A stretch of 20,243 nucleotides of DNA, taken from contig CAZVVZ010000005.1 in NCBI GenBank assembly GCA_964631135.1, positions 1 through 20,243 on the forward strand. The letters run 5' to 3'. Below, in pieces: positions 13,955 through 20,243 of the stretch. The translations under genes were made by a program, and so were the position numbers. Below the pieces are notes generated by a model that ran no database searches, was not told where the DNA came from, and was given only the letters and a program-made list of their open reading frames with translations. The stretch's first letter is position 1, and each line of letters opens with the position of its first letter. Source of the stretch: an uncultured Eubacteriales bacterium. Its GTDB lineage: Bacteria; Bacillota; Clostridia; TANB77; RGIG9151.

Positions 13955-15268
13955 CTATCTGATATATTTTAGCACTTCACTGATATCATTTTTCACATTG
14001 ACCTGCTCTCCGGTAGCCATATTTTTAATAGCAAGAGTATTATTTTTAATTTCATCTTCGCCAATTACAATAACAAACGGAATAGCTAGCTTATTAGCAT
14101 AATTAAACTTGCCTTTTATACTTTTCTGGTTGTAGTAAATTTCGGTATTTATATTATTATTTCTTAATTCAGTAGCAACTTTTATGCAGTACTTCATATC
14201 GGGAATCATAGGAATAATCATAACTTTAGAAATATTTTTAGCTACTTCCGATAGTAAACCTGCCTGTCTTAACTGGTAAAATAATCTTGTTAATCCTATT
14301 GAAATACCAACACCCGGCAATTTTTTGTTTGTATAAAATTCCGCTAAATTATCATATCTTCCGCCGGAACAAACACTTCCGATTTGCGGATAATCATTTA
14401 ATACGGTTTCATAAACAGTACCCGTATAATAATCCAAACCTCTTGCGATTGTTAAGTCAATTTTATAATTCTTAGATGGCAAACCAAAAGCCTCAACATT
14501 ATCAGATACTGCTTCTAGCTCCTCAATACCGTTATTAAACAATTCATTGCCAATATTTAAACTCCTTAGCTTAGTTATGACTTCACTAGGGGTTCCCTTT
14601 ATAGAAATAAAATCAATTATTCTGTCTACATTTTCTGGAGTTATATCCATTTCAGAAAGTATCTCTTTTACAGTATCTGTTCCGATTTTCTCAACTTTAT
14701 CTATAATTCTTAAAATATCCGATATTTTATCTTCGTATCCAAGTTCGGCAAAGAATCCGCCTAAAATTTTTCTGTTATTTACACGAATAGTAAAGTTATC
14801 AAATCCTAAATTTTTAAATGTTGTATAAATAATGCTAGGTATTTCAGCATCATTTAATATAGATAGTTCTCCGTCACCTATTATATCAATATCACATTGA
14901 TAGAACTCCCTATATCTGCCTTTTTGAGGACGCTCGCCCCTAAAAACTTTCCCTATTTGGTATCTTCTAAACGGATAAGATAAATTATATAAGTTCTCGG
15001 CAACGAATTTTGCAAGAGGTACGGTTAAATCAAACCTTAAAGATAAGTCCGTATCTCCCTTTGTAAATCTGTAAATTTGCTTTTCTGTTTCGCCTCCGGC
15101 CTTTGCAAGTAATACCTCCGAATATTCTATAATAGGAGTATCTAATGGCAAAAAGCCAAACTTTTCGTAAGATTCCCTAATTATATCTTTCATATGGTTA
15201 AATATCACCTGCTCTTCTGGTAATAATTCCATAAAGCCTGCTAAAGTTTTTGGTTCAACTTTTTCCAT
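13955..15268 (-). CDS. hisS: Histidine--tRNA ligase (class IIa, with C-terminal anticodon-binding domain)
   Basis: 437-aa ORF with SD aaagggga. Contains motif 2 region FRGERPQKGRYREFYQCDIDIIG, GGRYDNL, and the C-terminal HGTP-anticodon-type segment IPFVIVIGEDE. Confidence 0.9.
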   Translation of the reverse strand: MEKVEPKTLAGFMELLPEEQVIFNHMKDIIRESYEKFGFLPLDTPIIEYSEVLLAKAGGETEKQIYRFTKGDTDLSLRFDLTVPLAKFVAENLYNLSYPFRRYQIGKVFRGERPQKGRYREFYQCDIDIIGDGELSILNDAEIPSIIYTTFKNLGFDNFTIRVNNRKILGGFFAELGYEDKISDILRIIDKVEKIGTDTVKEILSEMDITPENVDRIIDFISIKGTPSEVITKLRSLNIGNELFNNGIEELEAVSDNVEAFGLPSKNYKIDLTIARGLDYYTGTVYETVLNDYPQIGSVCSGGRYDNLAEFYTNKKLPGVGISIGLTRLFYQLRQAGLLSEVAKNISKVMIIPMIPDMKYCIKVATELRNNNINTEIYYNQKSIKGKFNYANKLAIPFVIVIGEDEIKNNTLAIKNMATGEQVNVKNDISEVLKYIR

Positions 15269-15290
15269 ATTTTTATCCCCTTTCGCTATA

Positions 15291-16133
15291 TTAACTATCT
15301 CTATGCTTTAGTCCAAACAAACTAAGTATAAAGAAAACTGATGACACTAAAACAATGGTAGCTCCTGCAGCGGTTTCTAAATAGTAAGATGCTATCAGCC
15401 CTATAACACAAGACATTAACGAAACTAAAACAGAAAAAATTGTGTACTGTTTTACATTCTTTGAAATGTTTCTCGATGTAGCTGCAGGCAAAATAAGCAG
15501 TGAGTTAATAATTAAAATTCCTACCCATTTAATTGTTATCATAACAACAACTGCAACAATAAGTATAAAAACTAATTTTAACATGTCTGATTTTATTTTT
15601 CTGCTTTTTGCGATAGATGCATTTAGTCCTGAAAGTATAAATTTATTAAAAAATAAACTCCAAAAAGCCACAACAGTAATAAGCACGACCAAAAGCATAA
15701 ATATTTCGCTTGGAGTTATGCTAAGAATATCTCCAATTAGGTAGTTTGAGTATTTATTAAAGTTTCCGCCTTGAGAAAGTAAAACCAGTCCAAGAGCTAC
15801 AGAAGTAGATGAAAACACACCGATTACTGTATCTGTTGACATAGTATGTTTTTTTTCAAGCCACCATATAATAACTGACATCAATACGGCAAAAGCAATC
15901 ATGGAGTATAACGTATCAGACACGCCGAGTATTATTCCAAGCCCTATCCCGGTTAATGCTGAATGACCTAAAGCTTCGGAAAAAAATGACATTCTATTAT
16001 TAACAACCATACTTCCTAGGAAACCAAAAAGTAATCCTATTAAAAGTGTTGCTAAAAAAGCATTTTTCATAAAATCATAGCTTAACCATTCGAACGGTAA
16101 TATTAAGTTTAAAAATGCATATATATTTCGCAT
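15291..16133 (-). CDS. ABC-3 family metal (Zn/Mn/Fe) ABC transporter permease (ZnuB/MntB/TroC-like)
   Basis: Multi-TM ORF with FFSEALGHSALTGIGLG and LLILPAATSR motifs. I prefer ATG 16133 (SD ggaaaggaaag upstream) over the track's GTG at 16151. The stop lies 21 nt from the hisS ATG with no terminator between. Confidence 0.8.
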   Translation of the reverse strand: MRNIYAFLNLILPFEWLSYDFMKNAFLATLLIGLLFGFLGSMVVNNRMSFFSEALGHSALTGIGLGIILGVSDTLYSMIAFAVLMSVIIWWLEKKHTMSTDTVIGVFSSTSVALGLVLLSQGGNFNKYSNYLIGDILSITPSEIFMLLVVLITVVAFWSLFFNKFILSGLNASIAKSRKIKSDMLKLVFILIVAVVVMITIKWVGILIINSLLILPAATSRNISKNVKQYTIFSVLVSLMSCVIGLIASYYLETAAGATIVLVSSVFFILSLFGLKHRDS

Positions 16134-16166
16134 AAACTTTCCTTTCCACACATAATTAACTAAATA

Positions 16167-16195
16167 ATCATACTATATTTTTAGAAAATATTCAA
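16167..16195 (-). promoter_or_regulatory. Sigma-A-type promoter candidate for the permease-hisS operon
   Basis: On the minus strand: TTGAAT (16195-16190), 17-nt spacer, TATGAT (16172-16167), about 30 nt upstream of ATG 16133. Confidence 0.4.
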
Positions 16196-16211
16196 TAGGA
16201 GAGTGATGTAA

Positions 16212-17198
16212 ATGCGGGTTGCGGTAGTGGGAGCAAGTGGCATGGTTGGAAGAATGTTTTTAAAAGTGTTGGAAGAAAAAAAGTTAAATATCGATGAATA
16301 TGTTTTATTTACTTCAGAACGTTCTGCCGGTGAGAAAGTAAATTTTATGGGAAAAGAATACGAATTCCAAGAATTAACAGAAAGGTCTTTTGATAAAAAA
16401 TTTGACTTTGCTCTTTTTTCAGCCGGGGCAGAAGTATCTAAAAAATTTGCGCCAATTGCTGCAAGCAAAGAATGCATAGTAATAGACAACAGCAGTGCAT
16501 GGAGAATGGATAAATCAGTGCCTTTAGTGGTACCGGAAGTAAATATGGAATCAGCTTTTGAAAATAATGGGATAATTGCAAATCCAAATTGCTCTACAAT
16601 CCAAGCTGTTGTAGCATTAAAGCCATTACATGATGCATATAAAATAAAAAGAATAGTATTTTCAACATACCAAGCAGTCTCCGGAGCAGGTCAAAAAGGA
16701 TATATGGATTTAAAAAACGGAATAAAAGGAGAGGCACCAATGAAATTTCCCTATCAAATTTTTGGCAACTGCCTTCCACACATAGATATATTTATGGAAA
16801 ATGCTTATACGAAGGAAGAAATGAAAATGATAGAAGAAACGAAGAAAATACTTAACGATTATAATATTGGCATAACCGCAACTACAGTAAGAGTGCCGGT
16901 ATTTTTTGGGCATAGCGAATCAATAAATGTGGAATTTGAAAAAGACTTTGTATTAAGAGAGATATATGAATTATATGAAAGGGCACAAGGAGTAGTAATT
17001 CAGGATAACATTGCAGAAAATGTTTATCCGATGCCATTAACTGCAGAAGGATATGATGAGGTATTTGTAGGAAGAATCAGACGTGATTATAGTGTAAAAA
17101 GTGGGCTTAATTTATGGGTAGTAGCAGATAACATAAGAAAGGGTGCCGCAACTAATGCAATTCAAATAATGGAAAAAATGATGAATAAAAATTTCTAA
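16212..17198 (+). CDS. asd: Aspartate-semialdehyde dehydrogenase
   Basis: 328-aa ORF with SD aggagag. Contains VGASGMVG NAD(P) motif, active-site NPNCSTI, and QAVSGAG. Confidence 0.9.
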   Translation: MRVAVVGASGMVGRMFLKVLEEKKLNIDEYVLFTSERSAGEKVNFMGKEYEFQELTERSFDKKFDFALFSAGAEVSKKFAPIAASKECIVIDNSSAWRMDKSVPLVVPEVNMESAFENNGIIANPNCSTIQAVVALKPLHDAYKIKRIVFSTYQAVSGAGQKGYMDLKNGIKGEAPMKFPYQIFGNCLPHIDIFMENAYTKEEMKMIEETKKILNDYNIGITATTVRVPVFFGHSESINVEFEKDFVLREIYELYERAQGVVIQDNIAENVYPMPLTAEGYDEVFVGRIRRDYSVKSGLNLWVVADNIRKGAATNAIQIMEKMMNKNF

Positions 17199-17240
17199 TA
17201 AGCTAATAATAATCACATCTAGAAAAAAGGGGTGATTATT

Positions 17241-17426
17241 TTGGCAAATTTAACACAAGTGGAACTTCAAAATTTGCGACATCTTATTGGCAAACATGAA
17301 ACTGCTTATCAAAAATTTTCTACTTACGCACAAGACTCTTTCGATCCTCAAGTTAAAGACTATTTTGAAAGATCAGCGCAAGCAGCACAAAACACAAAGC
17401 AAAAACTAATAACATTTTTAAATTAA
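17241..17426 (+). CDS. Small helical spore-coat-associated protein (CotF-like partner)
   Basis: ORF-track ORF is 17232-17426. TTG 17241 has better SD spacing (aagggg at 17227-17232). Helical LTQVELQNLRHLIG...DPQVKDYFERSAQAAQ pattern, translationally close to the downstream Coat-F gene. Confidence 0.5.
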   Translation: MANLTQVELQNLRHLIGKHETAYQKFSTYAQDSFDPQVKDYFERSAQAAQNTKQKLITFLN

Positions 17427-17439
17427 GGAGGGCCTGTCA

Positions 17440-17685
17440 ATGGACGAAAAAACAATGGTAAATGATGCACTTAGCATGCTAAACAGTAGTTTGACAGGGT
17501 ATGCGAATATTATTTCTCAAACAAACAATACAACTTTACGTCAAACTTTACAACAAATCAGAAATAATGATGAAACCAGTCAATACGATTTATCAAAAAT
17601 AGCAGAGCAAAAAGGATACTATGTACCGGCTGCTCAAGCAACGGCAAACGAAGTATGTACCGTTAAAAATCAATTTATGCAGTAA
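17440..17685 (+). CDS. Coat F domain spore coat protein
   Basis: 81-aa ORF with SD aaggaggg. DALSMLNSSLTGYANIISQTNNTTLRQTLQQIRNNDE resembles the Coat_F signature (L...K.....Y......T.N..LR..L......). Confidence 0.65.
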   Translation: MDEKTMVNDALSMLNSSLTGYANIISQTNNTTLRQTLQQIRNNDETSQYDLSKIAEQKGYYVPAAQATANEVCTVKNQFMQ

Positions 17686-17800
17686 TTTACTTTTTGAATG
17701 CATAGAGTTATTTTCCAAGTGTAACTGATGATTAAGGCTACTCATATTTTCCGCTCGTTTCGCGACAAAATATTAAGGCATCTTTTGCATTCTGTGAAAG

Positions 17801-17920
17801 TAAAAAATACAGTATATGTTTTATCGGAACTCAGGATTTGCGACGAAAGACTTTTAAAAACATCAGAAGAAGTCTATCGGCAAATATTCGTCCCTTTTAA
17901 AACATATACTGTATTTTTTA
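17801..17920 (-). repeat. Imperfect palindrome, copy 3 (120 nt, opposite orientation) of the hairpin element family
   Basis: Positions x and 35721-x pair, with perfect 23-bp outer stem 17801-17823 / 17898-17920. 17814-17853 is the exact reverse complement of the 40-nt right arm of copies 1 and 2. The other arm (17870-17909) differs at 3 positions. Confidence 0.85.
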
Positions 17921-17993
17921 TTTAAATTTAAAAAAGTTTTTGCAATCATTTTTCTAGTGTCTCAAGTAGTATTTGCTTTCCCACACATTTATA

Positions 17994-18884
17994 TTAGTGA
18001 CTTGAACTGAGCTTTATTACACAAAGTTCGGGATTGTTAAAAATTCTTAAATCTATTGTACCGTTTCCAAGTCCTCGACTTACAATCATCTTTGAATTTT
18101 CATAGGAATATTCTCCTGCATCATATTTAGGGAACAAAGTCCTTTCAGGAGATAAAACTCCACCAATAAAAGGTAGTCGTATTAAACCGCCGTGAACATG
18201 CCCTGAAAGTACCAAATCAGCTCCCCATTTAGCAAAAATTTCAAAATCAAACGGAGAGTGAGATAATAATATATTAAAAGTAGAATTATCTGCAGTGGGC
18301 AAAATCTGTTGCATGTTTTCCAGTGAAAAATCTGTCTTAATATCATCTTTTAATGCATTTTTATAAGTAGTAATAGGCTGATGAAGACCGTAAATCTGTA
18401 TGAATTCATCATCTTTTGAAATGGCAACTCCTTTATTATTAAGCACATTAACACCTAAAGAATTTAATTCCCGCATAATTTCAATCTGCTGTTCCCAAGA
18501 TAAACGCATTTCGTGATTTCCCATTATGTAATAAGTAGGATAATTCTTTGCGATTTTTTCCGAAAACGAATAAAAAACACTGTAATGTTTACTGTCTGTG
18601 CTTATCATATCTCCGGTCATAACAACAATATCAGGATTGATTTCTTCAACTTTTTTTAATAATTTACTGTTACCTTTGCCGTATGAAGTATTATGCAAAT
18701 CTGATATCTGCAGAATTTTATATCCATTAAAAGCAGAAGGAATTTTTTCTGAAGTTATAGTATATTCAGTCACATCAATAATAAAGTAACTGCAAATAAT
18801 AGATATGGCTACGGCTATAACAACAATAAAAGCAATCCACATAAATATATACAGAATTCTTGCTATTAGTAAAGACCAATCCAT
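17994..18884 (-). CDS. Membrane-anchored calcineurin-like metallophosphoesterase (YkuE-like)
   Basis: 296-aa ORF with N-terminal TM segment. Motifs ISDLHN, GDMIS, GNHE, SGHVHGG. The start lies 18 nt after the upstream gene's stop. Confidence 0.8.
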   Translation of the reverse strand: MDWSLLIARILYIFMWIAFIVVIAVAISIICSYFIIDVTEYTITSEKIPSAFNGYKILQISDLHNTSYGKGNSKLLKKVEEINPDIVVMTGDMISTDSKHYSVFYSFSEKIAKNYPTYYIMGNHEMRLSWEQQIEIMRELNSLGVNVLNNKGVAISKDDEFIQIYGLHQPITTYKNALKDDIKTDFSLENMQQILPTADNSTFNILLSHSPFDFEIFAKWGADLVLSGHVHGGLIRLPFIGGVLSPERTLFPKYDAGEYSYENSKMIVSRGLGNGTIDLRIFNNPELCVIKLSSSH

Positions 18885-18902
18885 ATGGTTTTTCCTTTCA
18901 TA

Positions 18903-20243
18903 TTAGTTATTTTCTTCGTATAAAGCTTTAGCATTACCCGGTAAAGAACGAATATGACGTAAAAATGCATATACATTCTTATCATCGTCGGAGTTATAGA
19001 CAAACCCAAGCTTTTCAGCAACAAAAGTTGCATTTTTTCTAAACAGTTCAATCATGATAAACAACGAATCCCAGCATCGCTCATAATCTGACATATTGTA
19101 GCTCCTCATAAGACGTTCAAACATATCTTTTGGAAGATAATTTTCCATATATTTATCTTCGTTGCCGGTAGAAACTTCAAAGTTATTTTCAATTCCTATA
19201 CGAAATCTTATCATTTTTAATAATTCTTTTCTGACACAACTTTCTATATGCGAAGTTGCATATAAAAACTCTTTTCGCCATAATCCCTTAGCAACATATA
19301 CAGAAACCCACCAAAACTCGTTACAGCAATCATGGAATTCTTTTTGAGTAGGCTGCTTTATCCAATGAGATTGGTCAGATGGGGAGGCAAGAGTAGGTAA
19401 TACTTTGTCTTTATCAAGTAAAACTTTCGTAAGTGAATCTTCTTTTATATAATTTCCACGTTCTTCATAAGGAATAATAGTTAAATCAATTCTGTTTCCA
19501 TCAATAAATTGCATTAAATAAGAAAAACGTTTATCATCTTTTTTTGCACCTGTCATCAATGACGGAGTCTGCATTATAAGCCTTCTGCCGAAAATATTTA
19601 TCCAGTTGGGGTCTTTAGTAAATGATTCATAGTTATTTACTATAAAAGCTATATCATAATCTTGAAAAAAATCTTTTGGGGCTTTAGGATTGATTCTTGA
19701 TCCATTCATGGCAACAATTCTAATCCTATCATCTTTTTTCGCGGTATCTATAATGAGTGAAAGAATAGATTCCTCAGAACGAGTAATAGCCTTTGTTTTA
19801 GTATGCAAATCTTTTTTTAAATAAACTAAATCGGAGCATTCTTTACCGTTAACCATTATTGGATCGCTATAATTTTTAGTGAAAAAATTGTCTACGGTAT
19901 GAGAATACTGAAAACCAAATTTTTCATAAAACGGCGGATATGATGTGCCGGCAAGCATTGTGGAAAATTGGTTTTTATAAATCTGAAAGATATGCTGTAA
20001 AAGTTGTTTTGCAAAGCCGTGTCCCTGATATTCGACAGAAGTTGCAAGATTTTTTATTTCACAAGTTGTTTCATCTGCTTTTGAAATAACAACTTCAGAA
20101 ACAGCAACACCGTTTACACTAAGCACAAACATCTCACTTTTATCTAAGTATTTATCTATCATTTTTTCAGAAGGATCTGCAAGTAAAAGCAGATCTAGGT
20201 AATCTTTTTTATTTGAAGTAACTTTTTTTATATTTATTAACAT
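18903..20243 (-). CDS. aadK: Fusion protein: N-terminal GNAT acetyltransferase (YvbK-like) + C-terminal aminoglycoside 6-nucleotidyltransferase ANT(6)/AadK-like
   Basis: 446-aa continuous ORF with ATG at the last 3 nt of the window. aa 1-145 carry YLDLLLLADPSE...EIKNLATSVEYQGHGFAKQLL...FYEKFGFQ (GNAT). aa ~155-446 are collinear by eye with B. subtilis AadK (RIRIVAMNGSR, FQDYDIAF, CCNEFWWVSVYVAKGLWR). Confidence 0.8.
   Translation of the reverse strand: MLINIKKVTSNKKDYLDLLLLADPSEKMIDKYLDKSEMFVLSVNGVAVSEVVISKADETTCEIKNLATSVEYQGHGFAKQLLQHIFQIYKNQFSTMLAGTSYPPFYEKFGFQYSHTVDNFFTKNYSDPIMVNGKECSDLVYLKKDLHTKTKAITRSEESILSLIIDTAKKDDRIRIVAMNGSRINPKAPKDFFQDYDIAFIVNNYESFTKDPNWINIFGRRLIMQTPSLMTGAKKDDKRFSYLMQFIDGNRIDLTIIPYEERGNYIKEDSLTKVLLDKDKVLPTLASPSDQSHWIKQPTQKEFHDCCNEFWWVSVYVAKGLWRKEFLYATSHIESCVRKELLKMIRFRIGIENNFEVSTGNEDKYMENYLPKDMFERLMRSYNMSDYERCWDSLFIMIELFRKNATFVAEKLGFVYNSDDDKNVYAFLRHIRSLPGNAKALYEENN

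Noticed and set aside
15269-15290. Looked for a T-box leader or terminator/antiterminator upstream of hisS.
   Set aside because: The gap is only 21 nt, with an SD and no room for a T-box of about 200 nt. The absence is reported as a finding instead.
17686-17993. Possible decayed outer arms around copy 3 (gtaactgatgatt...gctactc on the left, aagtagtat on the right, resembling copy 1 outer arms).
   Set aside because: When the right flank is reverse-complemented, the short matches are not collinear with the left flank and are offset by more than 10 nt. This is consistent with chance in AT-rich DNA.
1-20243. Checked whether the window is a mobile or defence island (integrase, transposase, phage, toxin-antitoxin, restriction-modification, cas, retron RT).
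   Set aside because: No ORF shows recognisable motifs of these classes. Apart from the ANT(6) fusion, gene content is housekeeping or sporulation-related, and composition looks uniform by eye.

Overview
AT-rich (roughly 30% GC by eye) chromosomal segment from an endospore-forming Firmicute, probably Clostridia-like. Gene content is mostly core or sporulation-related. It holds dpaA, spoIIID and cysK, then a giant two-ORF cyclic-beta-1,2-glucan-synthase-like pair (GT84 + GH94, 1652 + 901 aa). Next come bofA, yaaL, an SLH-anchored surface protein with hyper-acidic tandem repeats, and a small CBM25/53-like protein. After those are hisS co-transcribed with an orphan ABC-3 metal permease, asd, two CotF-like coat proteins, a membrane metallophosphoesterase, and a GNAT-ANT(6) fusion that runs to the window edge. 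I saw no rRNA/tRNA, CRISPR array, transposase, integrase or recognisable defence genes. The one structure that gene annotation does not explain is a dispersed family of long imperfect palindromes at 67-241, 13741-13940 and 17801-17920 (reversed), plus an 18-nt fragment at 54-71. Each has a conserved asymmetric core of about 100 nt with one invariant 40-nt arm. The outer arms vary between copies, and every between-copy difference next to the core is mirrored on the opposite arm. I cannot place it in a known family from memory; the competing readings are a REPIN/MITE-like DNA element and a structured 3'-UTR RNA or terminator. Other items worth a second look are the split of the glucan synthase at 7481/7496, the GNAT-ANT(6) fusion, dpaA without dpaB, SD-sequestering hairpins ahead of spoIIID and the synthase gene, hisS without a T-box behind an orphan permease, and a + strand terminator-like hairpin antisense to bofA. 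All homology calls come from motif recognition by eye; no searches were run.
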